Source of the DNA: Sphingobacterium sp.
GTDB taxonomy: Bacteria > Bacteroidota > Bacteroidia > Sphingobacteriales > Sphingobacteriaceae
Length of the DNA stretch: 64,000 nucleotides
Reading direction: 5' to 3'
Assembly: GCA_045629405.1 (NCBI GenBank)
Contig: JAZQRD010000118.1
Coordinates: 158-64,157 of the forward strand
The translations under genes were made by a program, and so were the position numbers. The first letter of the stretch is position 1. Every line of letters begins with the position of its first letter. This document shows, piece after piece, positions 19,349 through 31,168 of this stretch. Under the pieces are notes generated by a model, which saw nothing but the letters and a program-made list of their open reading frames with translations, ran no database searches and was not told the DNA's origin.

Positions 19349-19461
19349 ATATATGTACTGTCATAAAATATAACCAAAGGTCGCAAATAAAAAAATCCCG
19401 AACTAATGTTAAGTAGAATATTATCTAGAAAAATGATAATAAAACAAATGAAATTAATTCT

Positions 19462-19489
19462 ATTTAACATAATGTATATTATAGGACAT
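19462..19489 (-). other. dif site (XerC/XerD recombination site)
   Basis: Minus strand ATGTCCTATAA-TATACA-TTATGTTAAAT; XerD arm identical to E. coli dif; 11-6-11 architecture; intergenic. Confidence 0.85.
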
Positions 19490-19788
19490 TTGTTTATCGA
19501 GTTTTAGTTACTTTTAAATTCAGAGGTTTTACAGCATTGAAACATTGTATTAAAAACTATTAAGTGATTGCTCACTTAACTGAGTGTTGTTATTGATATT
19601 CAGATTTATAAGTGACAAATAACCTCTTTATAATACGAACTGCTAGTTATAATAATGGAACTGATTTTTATTCTATAAAATATTCCGGAATACCTTAAAG
19701 AAGCAGAAATATCTAATTTTTAGAGTCTACCCCGTAAAACATAATAATTTGAAGAATACCTCAGGGATTGCGACGAATTAATTATTCT

Positions 19789-19816
19789 ATTTAACATAAT
19801 AAATTAAATGGTGATA
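19789..19816 (-). other. Degenerate second dif-like site
   Basis: Intact XerD arm TTATGTTAAAT with a diverged XerC arm; shares the 17-bp ATTCTATTTAACATAAT with the first site. Confidence 0.5.
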
Positions 19817-19879
19817 CATAATTTTTAATTTCTCTTTTTATGCTTTATTGAATAATCAATTATACACATCGTTAACAAT

Positions 19880-19915
19880 AAAAAACCATGTACAACCTTT
19901 GTACACGGTTTTTTT
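19880..19915. terminator. Terminator after M60 peptidase
   Basis: AAAAAACCATGTACAA-CCT-TTGTACACGGTTTTTTT. Confidence 0.8.
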
Positions 19916-19932
19916 AAATCTAAACTTATGAC

Positions 19933-21534
19933 TTAGTCTCTTAATTTTGTAATATCTAACTTAGGTTTAGGAAGATTCATTGTTTTGATTAATTTTTTGC
20001 AATCGTTTACCATCCCCTGCGTCATTTCATAAGTGTATTTTCCATAATCATCATAGGTCATTTTACCAACGTAAAAAAATCCGTATGAATCGAAAAAATC
20101 AGTCAAATCAACTTTTGCTACTTCACAAGCCGTCTTGATGAAATTCAACTGATGAACAGCCGGATTGCGTTCACCTTGCATTCTTTCCGCACTCCAGTTG
20201 GATGCTATACGTGGTCTTTCAGCTTGCAATTTTGCACTTTGCATTCTAAATGCTTCAAATAGATCTGGGTAGAAATTTGGATTATTTCCAGTGCCTTCGA
20301 AATATAATTGTAGCTGCCAAAATGGAACTAGTCTATTGAATACATCTTCATCTTGTAGATAGGAAATCTTATTTTCAATAATACTCTTTCTAGATTTATC
20401 GTAGTTGTTTTGTTCCGAGATACGTGTTTTATTGCCGAAAGATCTTGTTACGTATAAGCTAAATAGATTATTACTTACCTCTCCTAACCCACCCCAATTA
20501 AACATTGGTCGCGTCTGATGCACATGCCCTACTTCATGCGAGAAACCCCAACATGGATCACCTTTTATCACACGTGATGGATCCACAACCATACCCATTG
20601 CATAGCCTTTTTTGTCGCCCATATAAGCTACTCCATCGCCATCTCTAAACATGTAGTAATTATAGTTAACTCTCGATAGGATTCTGTTTTTTGGAATTTT
20701 ATTATATTTTTCTAATCCCATTATTCGATGTTGTCTATAAACCAGTGAGTCATAATTATTTAATAATTCTAACCCTCTGCCCGAAGCATATTTTTTTAGC
20801 GATTCTACTGGATATGCAATTTGTATATGTTTTCCTATTGCATCCATTATAGGGAAAGTAGCCTTACTTAATAATCTATCCCAATCATCATCAGTGTGTA
20901 CTCTACTATCAAAGTAGCCGTTAACTTGACCAGTCAAGAAATGCACTTTTATATCCTTTTCTTTAGAAGGATCTTCCGAAAAATTATAGATATATGCTAA
21001 AGATCCAAAATCTTTTAAATCAATTATATTAACACCATTTTTTAGTGTGAATTCTTTCTTTTCTATTCCCCATCCTTTAGGATCCTTCGTTGGATCATCT
21101 GGGTTAGGCGCTTTGCGCAACCAATTAGGTACAAGTAATTTTACATCTTTTCTGTCATCAATCCCATCTACCACAATCACATGCTTCCCAACTGGTAGAT
21201 ATATTCCTGTTATATGCTCAAATTTACTGTAACCGTCGCCAATAGCTAGATCTTGACCTAGCGCAGTTGGTGATAGAATAGCTTTATATGAACGGTTTCG
21301 AATACGAGTTTCTTGACTATTATGGAAAATACGAAGAGCATGTGCTTTAAGTGCTGGATCAGCTATCGTGTTCAACTGTTTTAATTTAATATTATTCTGA
21401 AGCTGCGTAGCTAGTGGATCTTGAAAGATGGATAGTTGTTCGTACGCCTGCTTTAATTCTTTAGCTGATTGTGCATTTACATATGCATGATGAAGTAACA
21501 AACAGGCGGTAAAGGTTAGTATAACTTTTTTCAT
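19933..21534 (-). CDS. M60-like family metallopeptidase, secreted
   Basis: WGFSHEVGH...GEVSNN gluzincin motif typical of M60-like enzymes; LVPFWQL; signal peptide. Confidence 0.88.
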   Translation of the reverse strand: MKKVILTFTACLLLHHAYVNAQSAKELKQAYEQLSIFQDPLATQLQNNIKLKQLNTIADPALKAHALRIFHNSQETRIRNRSYKAILSPTALGQDLAIGDGYSKFEHITGIYLPVGKHVIVVDGIDDRKDVKLLVPNWLRKAPNPDDPTKDPKGWGIEKKEFTLKNGVNIIDLKDFGSLAYIYNFSEDPSKEKDIKVHFLTGQVNGYFDSRVHTDDDWDRLLSKATFPIMDAIGKHIQIAYPVESLKKYASGRGLELLNNYDSLVYRQHRIMGLEKYNKIPKNRILSRVNYNYYMFRDGDGVAYMGDKKGYAMGMVVDPSRVIKGDPCWGFSHEVGHVHQTRPMFNWGGLGEVSNNLFSLYVTRSFGNKTRISEQNNYDKSRKSIIENKISYLQDEDVFNRLVPFWQLQLYFEGTGNNPNFYPDLFEAFRMQSAKLQAERPRIASNWSAERMQGERNPAVHQLNFIKTACEVAKVDLTDFFDSYGFFYVGKMTYDDYGKYTYEMTQGMVNDCKKLIKTMNLPKPKLDITKLRD

Positions 21535-21758
21535 AAGAATGAGGTTTTGTTCATTGCATTAAAAATAATTATAAAAATGGTTTAAAAAACTCTTGAAAAC
21601 GGGCGTAATGTTCAAATCAAGCTTATGATAAAGTTGCAATCGATTGACTAATATTTTCATGTAATATGTATGTAATAATTTGTCATTATGATTTAATATC
21701 AAAAAAATGCTTGCAATAAATATAATTTAAACATAGATTTGCAGTATTATTATTAAAC

Positions 21759-21818
21759 ATGAACTACTTGTTATCACATAACGCACATTTGCATCATCGC
21801 CATTTTGGCGATATGTAA
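21759..21818 (+). CDS. hisL: His operon leader peptide (MNYLLSHNAHLHHRHFGDM)
   Basis: 19-aa uORF with 5 His codons, between a TAGATTTG -7 box (21734-21741) and hisG. Confidence 0.85.
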   Translation: MNYLLSHNAHLHHRHFGDM

Positions 21819-21897
21819 TTTCTGTGTTTCTACGTGAAGCATGCTCTCCCCATAGTTTATTTTATTAATAATTTTTATAAATCATAAAACATCCGTT

Positions 21898-22749
21898 TTG
21901 AAAAATCTTAAAATCGCTATTCAAAAGTCTGGTAGATTAAACGAAAAATCTGTTCAACTTCTTAAAAATTGTGGACTAGACTTTGAAAATTATAAAAGCT
22001 CATTAATTACTACCGTTTCAAATTTCAGTTTAGAAATCTTATTTCTAAGAGATGACGATATTCCAGGATATGTAGAACAAGGTATTGCAGACTTAGGAAT
22101 TGTTGGCGAAAATGTAATAGATGAGACGCAATCTAAAGTTAGCTATATTCAAAGATTAGGTTTTGGTAAATGCACACTCAAATTAGCTATTCCTAGAGAT
22201 TCTGATATTGTTGATTTACAAGATTTAAACGGTAAGTCTATTGCGACATCTTATCCAGTTATATTAAAGTCATTCTTAGATGATTATAAAATAGAAGCAG
22301 ATATTCAGACGATCTCAGGATCTGTCGAAATTGCACCTGGCCTTGGTCTTAGTGACGCAATATGTGATATCGTGTCTACTGGTGGAACTTTAAAATCTAA
22401 TGGATTAAAACCGTTTGCAGACGTTCGTAACTCTGAAGCTATATTAATCGGTAGAGAAGGAATTGAAGAAAATGAAATTCTAGTTGAATTACTTCAACGT
22501 ATTCAGTCAGTATTAAGAGCAAAAGAGACGAAATATGTAGTCCTGAACGTGGAGCGTGAAAACCTTCCTAAAATAACTGAATTATTACATGGGGTCAAAA
22601 GTCCTACAGTAGTACCTTTAGCTGAAGAAGGCTGGGTGGCTGTTCATACGGTTATTTCAGAAGATGATTTTTGGGGCAAAATAAACAAATTGAAAGCTGC
22701 AGGTGGTCAAGGTATCGTAGTCATGCCTATTGAAAAAATTATATTATAA
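21898..22749 (+). CDS. hisG: ATP phosphoribosyltransferase (long form), TTG start
   Basis: IAIQKSGRL, LRDDDIP, GSVEIAP and DIVSTGGTL motifs. Confidence 0.97.
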   Translation: MKNLKIAIQKSGRLNEKSVQLLKNCGLDFENYKSSLITTVSNFSLEILFLRDDDIPGYVEQGIADLGIVGENVIDETQSKVSYIQRLGFGKCTLKLAIPRDSDIVDLQDLNGKSIATSYPVILKSFLDDYKIEADIQTISGSVEIAPGLGLSDAICDIVSTGGTLKSNGLKPFADVRNSEAILIGREGIEENEILVELLQRIQSVLRAKETKYVVLNVERENLPKITELLHGVKSPTVVPLAEEGWVAVHTVISEDDFWGKINKLKAAGGQGIVVMPIEKIIL

Positions 22750-24041
22750 TGCTAAAGACATTTATCTACGATGATTTATCAAATCAAGATATTGATAAAT
22801 TAATCTTACGTAATACAGATCCAAGTAACGCAATACAAGATATTGTTCAAGATATCATAACGAATGTGCGTAATAATGGTGATCAGTCGCTTAAAGAGTA
22901 TGCAGGCAAATTTGACCAAGTCAATCTGGATAAACTATTTTTAGATAAAAGTGAGATTGAAGCGCTAGCAAGCACTATATCTAGAGATCAACAACGTGCA
23001 TTAGAGATTGCATTTCAAAATATTCATCGTTTTCATAGTACACAACTTAAACGTGAGCGTGTCACGGAGACAATGCCTGGTGTTAAGTGTTGGCGAGAAG
23101 TAAGACCTATTGAGAAGGTCGGTTTATATATTCCTGGTGGATCAGCTGTGTTACCTTCTACCCTTTTGATGCTAGGTGTTCCTGCTCGTATAGCTGGTTG
23201 TAAGGAAATCGTAGTATGTTCGCCTCCACAAAAAAATGGTCAGATTAATGGTTTTGTAGCCTATTGTTTACTTCTTCTTAAAATTGATCGAATATATTTG
23301 GTTGGAGGAGCGCAAGCCGTAGCTGCAATGGCATTTGGAACAGAATCTTTACCGAAGGTAGATAAGATTTTTGGCCCTGGTAACCAATTTGTAACCAAAG
23401 CTAAAAGTATGATTCAATCACTCACTAACGTCAGCATCGACATGCCAGCGGGTCCTTCTGAAGTGTTAGTATTAGCTGATGATTCTGCAAAGGCATCTTA
23501 TGTAGCTGCAGATTTGCTTGCTCAAGCAGAGCATGGTGCAGATAGTCAAGCTGTATTAGTCGCGACAAGTTTAGATTTTATAAATAAGGTTAACGAAGAG
23601 TTAGAGCTTCAAATACAAGCTTTACCACGCGAAGAAGTGACGCGAAAAGCAATTGCAAATTCTTATGCAATATTAGTATCAGATTTAAAGCATGGTATGC
23701 AATTCTCGAATAGCTATGCTCCTGAGCATCTAATTATCGAATCTGATGAATGGAAAACTATTACATCGTTAATATTAAATGCTGGGTCCGTATTTTTAGG
23801 ACATCTAACTCCTGAGTCTGCGGGTGATTACGCATCTGGTACAAATCACACCCTACCTACTTCAGGTTACGCAAGATCTTATTCAGGGGTATCAGTAGAC
23901 TCATTTGTTAAAAAGATTACTTTTCAACATATAACTGAAGAAGGATTAGAACAAATTGGTTCAACTGTAGAGATCTTAGCAGAGTTGGAAGGCTTGCAAG
24001 CACACAAAAATGCAGTAAGTATTCGAAAAAAAGATATATAA
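22749..24041 (+). CDS. hisD: Histidinol dehydrogenase
   Basis: GLYIPGG, IDMPAGPSE, QAEHG, APEHL and GDYASGTNHTLPT motifs. Confidence 0.97.
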   Translation: MLKTFIYDDLSNQDIDKLILRNTDPSNAIQDIVQDIITNVRNNGDQSLKEYAGKFDQVNLDKLFLDKSEIEALASTISRDQQRALEIAFQNIHRFHSTQLKRERVTETMPGVKCWREVRPIEKVGLYIPGGSAVLPSTLLMLGVPARIAGCKEIVVCSPPQKNGQINGFVAYCLLLLKIDRIYLVGGAQAVAAMAFGTESLPKVDKIFGPGNQFVTKAKSMIQSLTNVSIDMPAGPSEVLVLADDSAKASYVAADLLAQAEHGADSQAVLVATSLDFINKVNEELELQIQALPREEVTRKAIANSYAILVSDLKHGMQFSNSYAPEHLIIESDEWKTITSLILNAGSVFLGHLTPESAGDYASGTNHTLPTSGYARSYSGVSVDSFVKKITFQHITEEGLEQIGSTVEILAELEGLQAHKNAVSIRKKDI

Positions 24042-24054
24042 AGTTCGGTTTTCA

Positions 24055-24134
24055 TTTGATGATTTACACAATTAAGTTAACTTTGCAACTTATCAATAAA
24101 GAAATTTGGTACGGCCTCGTACCAAACTTTTTTT
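24055..24134 (+). promoter_or_regulatory. Consensus promoter immediately followed by intrinsic terminator
   Basis: TTTG(24055)-N19-TAACTTTG(24078-24085); hairpin TTTGGTACG-GCCT-CGTACCAAA then C and T7 (24105-24134). Confidence 0.7.
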
Positions 24135-24178
24135 ATTAGTAAATGTTCACTATTTAGATCTTTACAAACTAATAAATA

Positions 24179-25450
24179 ATGTCACACCATATAAAAAAAA
24201 TCGTTGTAGTTGGTGGTGGATTTGCTGGTATTAACTTTATCAAATCTATCTGTGATGACAAGAGATTTCATATCACTTTAGTCGATATCAACAATTACAA
24301 TTTTTTCCCGCCATTAATCTATCAGGCTGCTACTGCATTTATTGAACCTTCAAACATCAGTATGCCGTTTCGAAGAATGTTTTACAAACATCGCAATGTG
24401 TTCTTTCACCTAGGCACTTTGCAAAATGTAGACCATGCAAAGAATCAGATAACTACTGATAACGGAACACTTGATTATGATTATTTAGTACTCGGTGTTG
24501 GTACAGAAACTAACTACTTTGGATTAGAGAATGTAAAACAAAATGCATTCCCTATGAAAACAGTTACCGAAGCCTTGGCAATCCGTAATCAGCTTTTACT
24601 GAATATGGAAGAATACATTCGTCATCAAGGTACTCCAGCAGCTGAAGGAAATCTAAATATTGTAGTTGCAGGTGGTGGTCCTTCGGGTGTTGAAATCTCA
24701 GGTATGATAGCCGAGTTAGGTCAACGCATTATCAAGAAAGAATATCCTGAAATTGAAGATTTTAATGCACATATTTATTTAGTTGATGCTGGTAAAGCTC
24801 TTTTAGGGCCAATGAGTACTGTTGCTCAGCAAGAAGCACAAAAAGTTCTTGAAAAACTAGGCATTAAAGTAATTCTTGGTACTGCAGTAAAAGATTACGT
24901 AGACGGGAAAGTAATATTGAGTACTGGTGATGAAATCGTTACTAAAACTTTAATCTGGACGTCAGGCGTAATAGGTCGCGAGATCCCAGGTTTGCCAGCT
25001 GAAGTGATTGGAAGAGGTCGTCGTGTATTGGTCGACGAGTTTAATCAGGTTCAAGATGTACCAAATGTATATGCATTAGGTGATATCTGTTTCCAAACGG
25101 CAGATCCTGCATATCCAAATGGACATCCTCAATTAGCACAAGTTGCAATTCAACAAGGTCAAAATCTAGCTAAGAACATTATAGCTAAAGAAGATTCTAG
25201 AACCTTAAAGGCTTTCAAATATGTAAATAAAGGCTCAATGGCCGTTATTGCAAGATACAAAGCTGTTGTAGATTTACCATCATTCTCATTTAAAGGTTTA
25301 TTTGCTTGGTTTACATGGTTACTTATACACTTAGTACCAATTGCTGGATTCCGTAATAAGTGGAAATTATTTAGCAACTGGTTGTGGTCATTCTATTCTG
25401 CAAATTCTACTTTACGCTTGATTATCAAAGGTGTAAGTAAGAAAAAGTAA
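24179..25450 (+). CDS. ndh: Type II NADH dehydrogenase
   Basis: VVGGGFAG, VAGGGPSGVE, YALGD and AQVAIQQG motifs. Confidence 0.9.
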   Translation: MSHHIKKIVVVGGGFAGINFIKSICDDKRFHITLVDINNYNFFPPLIYQAATAFIEPSNISMPFRRMFYKHRNVFFHLGTLQNVDHAKNQITTDNGTLDYDYLVLGVGTETNYFGLENVKQNAFPMKTVTEALAIRNQLLLNMEEYIRHQGTPAAEGNLNIVVAGGGPSGVEISGMIAELGQRIIKKEYPEIEDFNAHIYLVDAGKALLGPMSTVAQQEAQKVLEKLGIKVILGTAVKDYVDGKVILSTGDEIVTKTLIWTSGVIGREIPGLPAEVIGRGRRVLVDEFNQVQDVPNVYALGDICFQTADPAYPNGHPQLAQVAIQQGQNLAKNIIAKEDSRTLKAFKYVNKGSMAVIARYKAVVDLPSFSFKGLFAWFTWLLIHLVPIAGFRNKWKLFSNWLWSFYSANSTLRLIIKGVSKKK

Positions 25451-25473
25451 TATAAATGAAAAAGAGGTCATAC

Positions 25474-26271
25474 TTATTGTATGACCTCTTTCTTTTTCAA
25501 CGGACCTGCAAGTGTTTTTGCTGCCCACTCATATCCGATTTCAATTAATTTACTAGACTGATCAAAATCCCAAATACCTGAAATATCATGTGGAATGTTC
25601 AGTAAGTAATCGGCTGGATATAATTCAATACTTAGCTGCGTCAGTTTACGACGCATTGCACGATAAGATTCTTGTAGTATTTCGACACTAGTCATATTTG
25701 CAACTCCTAGATTTTCTTCTCGAAGAGGATTACCTTCTAAATTTACTGCAATAATTATATTGTCACTATGAGCAACAAGATTCGTAGGTAACGGATTTAA
25801 TACCCCTCCATCTACAAGCAAACGCTCATCAATCTTAACCCCCTGAAAAATAGCAGGTATTGCAATAGAAGCGCGTATGGCATCATATATACTACCTCTG
25901 TCAAATATAACTTCCTCATCATTTACAAGATCTGTAGCAACAGCGGCATAGCGTATCGGTAAATTTTCTATATCAATATCTGGAAAAACTCCCTGCAACG
26001 TACTCAATACACGATTACCTTTGAGCACTCCATATTTTGGATTACTAAAATCCATTAAACGAAATACTTCCATTTTTGTCAGGTCACTCATCCAACTGCC
26101 TAAGGCTTCTATTTTACCATTTGCAAACGCAGCACCTATAAGCGACCCTATGGAACACCCCACTATTTCGTCAATTTCGTAATTATTCTCAAGAAGATAA
26201 TTTATAACGCCAATTTGTGTAAGCCCACGTGCCCCACCACTTCCAAGTACTAATGATATTTTTCGATTCAT
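25474..26271 (-). CDS. Patatin-like phospholipase (RssA-like)
   Basis: LGSGGARG, GCSIG and DGG motifs. Confidence 0.92.
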   Translation of the reverse strand: MNRKISLVLGSGGARGLTQIGVINYLLENNYEIDEIVGCSIGSLIGAAFANGKIEALGSWMSDLTKMEVFRLMDFSNPKYGVLKGNRVLSTLQGVFPDIDIENLPIRYAAVATDLVNDEEVIFDRGSIYDAIRASIAIPAIFQGVKIDERLLVDGGVLNPLPTNLVAHSDNIIIAVNLEGNPLREENLGVANMTSVEILQESYRAMRRKLTQLSIELYPADYLLNIPHDISGIWDFDQSSKLIEIGYEWAAKTLAGPLKKKEVIQ

Positions 26272-26367
26272 GAAAATTTTACCTATTTAGCTAATATAAC
26301 TATTATTAAACCTGATGGCAATTGTCAGTCTAAAGTATAATTAAAATATTTAGGTATGAAAAATAAA

Positions 26368-26399
26368 TTAACAGTGTTACTTTTGTTAACACTGTTAAC
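26368..26399. promoter_or_regulatory. Tandem palindromic operators, probably bound by the TetR regulator
   Basis: TAACA-G-TGTTA (26369-26379) and GTTAACA-C-TGTTAAC (26385-26399), just upstream of tetR. Confidence 0.7.
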
Positions 26400-26418
26400 G
26401 AATAGGTATTTTGTTTAT

Positions 26419-27009
26419 ATGACACGAAGAGAACAAGAAATTGAGCAATTACGTAAAAGCATTATTTGTCAATCTTGGAAAATAATAACTGAAGAAGGAT
26501 GGCAAGCTTTATCTATTCGAAAAATTGCGGATGCTATTCAATATAGTGTGCCAATGATTTATAAGCACTTTGAAAATAAAGAAGCGATAATTGAGTACTT
26601 TTCAAAGGAAGGTTTTGAATTATTATCTGTTAAACTATCAGAAGCTCAAAATAGTGCATTATCGATTGAAGAACAAATTGAAAAAATTGCATATGCCTAC
26701 TGGCAATTTTCGGCAGAGCATACACAACATTACCGTATCATGTTTGGACTAGGAATACCACCTTGCGAGGCAATCAATTCGAATAAGGAAATGTCTACTA
26801 CATCGGGCATTATGTTGGATGCTATTTCAAAATTTATTCCCGATACGACTGATGCTAATAAATATTTAAAATTGAAAACATTTTGGTCTATGTTGCATGG
26901 TTTTATTGCTATAGAATTGTTATCAAACAATAGAATTAATCAGCAACCTGCTGTTTTCGTTAAAGATGCTATTGAAGGATTTATATTTACATTAAAACAT
27001 AAAATTTAA
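26419..27009 (+). CDS. TetR/AcrR family regulator (WHG-type C-terminus)
   Basis: HTH LSIRKIADAIQYSVPMIYKHFENK; FWSMLHG. Start at ATG 26419 is likelier than 26356. Confidence 0.92.
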   Translation: MTRREQEIEQLRKSIICQSWKIITEEGWQALSIRKIADAIQYSVPMIYKHFENKEAIIEYFSKEGFELLSVKLSEAQNSALSIEEQIEKIAYAYWQFSAEHTQHYRIMFGLGIPPCEAINSNKEMSTTSGIMLDAISKFIPDTTDANKYLKLKTFWSMLHGFIAIELLSNNRINQQPAVFVKDAIEGFIFTLKHKI

Positions 27010-27020
27010 AATTAAGTAAG

Positions 27021-27650
27021 ATGAGTTTATTACAAGATTTATCATGGAGATACGCTACTAAGAAAATGAATGGCCAAGTAGTAGCACAAGAAAAAGTAGA
27101 TTATATAATTGAGGCAGCAAGAATGGCTCCTACTTCTTCTGGATTACACCCATTTCGTATTATTGAGATTACAAATCCTGAATTAAAAGCGAAAATTCAA
27201 CCTATTGCATATGGTCAGTCTCAAATTGTAGATGCTTCTCATTTATTGGTATTTGCAGCTTTCGATAAATATACCCAAGAGCGTTTTGATGCTGTATTTA
27301 CACAACAAGAAATAGAAAGAGGTTTATCTGTTGGTGCTTCTGACGACTACAAAAACCAATTATTTGCATCATTCTCTGCACAAACGGCTGAGCAGAATTT
27401 TAATCACGCTGCTAGACAAGCATATATCGGATTTGGTATGGCTATCGCTGCTGCTGCTGAGCAAAAAGTAGATGCTACGCCAATGGAAGGTTTTGTACCA
27501 GAGCAATTGGATGAATTGTTAGGTTTACCTGAGTTAGGTTTGAAATCTGTTACTATCTTAGCATTAGGTCAACGTGACGAAGCTAATGACTGGTTAGTAA
27601 ATATGAAAAAAGTTCGTATAGCTACCGAAGATTTCGTAATCAATAAATAA
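27021..27650 (+). CDS. Nitroreductase family NAD(P)H-dependent oxidoreductase
   Basis: WRYATKK, APTSSGLHP and DATPMEGF motifs. Confidence 0.93.
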   Translation: MSLLQDLSWRYATKKMNGQVVAQEKVDYIIEAARMAPTSSGLHPFRIIEITNPELKAKIQPIAYGQSQIVDASHLLVFAAFDKYTQERFDAVFTQQEIERGLSVGASDDYKNQLFASFSAQTAEQNFNHAARQAYIGFGMAIAAAAEQKVDATPMEGFVPEQLDELLGLPELGLKSVTILALGQRDEANDWLVNMKKVRIATEDFVINK

Positions 27651-27660
27651 TAATGGTAAT

Positions 27661-27696
27661 AAAAACAAAGCTCACAGAATTGTGAGCCTTGTTTTT
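27661..27696. terminator. Bidirectional terminator
   Basis: AAAAACAAAGCTCACA-GAAT-TGTGAGCCTTGTTTTT between convergent genes. Confidence 0.8.
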
Positions 27697-27697
27697 A

Positions 27698-28681
27698 TTA
27701 TTTGAACAATTCTAATATTTCTTCACTTGTCACTTTACCAAAATATTTAGTCAGATCCAATTTGGCAAATATTTCGGCTAATGCTACTTGATCATGATTC
27801 ACTCCCTTTAATAGATCTTCTAACTCTTCAATGGAATGCGAAGCAAAAAAATCTCCGAATATTTTAGCATCTTCGATTTTGCCTTTTTGCACGTCTAAAT
27901 GGATTTCAATAAAGCCAGCAGGAATTTTATTAGCTTTCTTAAAATTGTAATTAGGCGATGAGCCGAAATTCCAATCCCAAGTTTCATATTTTTCTTTTAT
28001 CAGTTTTTCTATAGCTAGTTTATCTTCCTCAGTAAATGAATAAACCTCAGAGCCAGGATTATCCGCAACGATCTCTTGTACCAACATTTCTTTGAATGAA
28101 TCTGTTGTGGTTTCAGCGGGAAGATATTCAATCAAATTCGTCACACGCGAACGGTTAGATTTTACAGCCTTATCAATAAATTTTAGCGGATTTACTTTCA
28201 AGGATTCACCCAATACAGTCATCTGAGAATTTATTAGAATTGTTCCGTGCTGAATCATTTTCTTATTTTTGGCTAATTTAGCATTTCCACTGAATTTCTT
28301 GCCGTCAACCAACAAATCATTTCGTCCTTCTAATTTTGCAGGAACATCTAATCTGTTCAATAATCTCACAACAGGATCTGTGAATTTTGCAAAATCCATA
28401 AAGTCATTTCCTTCCAATAGAGAATGAAATGAAAAATTCAGATTGCCAAAATCATGGTAAACTGCTCCACCTCCAGACATTCGTCGGACAACCTTGATAC
28501 CCTTCTCATTTACATAATCCAAATTAATTTCAGCTAATGTATTCTGAAATTTTCCGATAATGATTGATGGTGCATTAACATATAATAAAAATATCTCTTC
28601 CGTAGGAAACTTTTTCAGTAAATATTCTTCAGACGCAATATTAAAAAAAGCATCATTGGAAGGTGAATCAATAATTAACAT
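27698..28681 (-). CDS. lplA: Lipoate-protein ligase A
   Basis: RRMSGGGAVYHD, GRNDL, KKFSGNA and HGT motifs. Confidence 0.93.
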   Translation of the reverse strand: MLIIDSPSNDAFFNIASEEYLLKKFPTEEIFLLYVNAPSIIIGKFQNTLAEINLDYVNEKGIKVVRRMSGGGAVYHDFGNLNFSFHSLLEGNDFMDFAKFTDPVVRLLNRLDVPAKLEGRNDLLVDGKKFSGNAKLAKNKKMIQHGTILINSQMTVLGESLKVNPLKFIDKAVKSNRSRVTNLIEYLPAETTTDSFKEMLVQEIVADNPGSEVYSFTEEDKLAIEKLIKEKYETWDWNFGSSPNYNFKKANKIPAGFIEIHLDVQKGKIEDAKIFGDFFASHSIEELEDLLKGVNHDQVALAEIFAKLDLTKYFGKVTSEEILELFK

Positions 28682-28794
28682 AATTAACTACTCAAATTAT
28701 TTAATAACTTATATAATCAAGTCATAGTAAATACTAAAGCTCCGAATCTATTGATCCGGAGCTTCATATATATTACTAATTTAACTATTCACTA

Positions 28795-31041
<2,247 letters not shown>

Positions 31042-31168
31042 TCAGATTTTGAATATCAATGCTATAGCACTGCTTTAAAAAATCTGCCTAAAGATAGTAA
31101 AAAGCATTTTAATAATCTATAGCTGTTTAAAGAATGACTGAATTAGGTAATTGGTTGGCAAGATTGAA

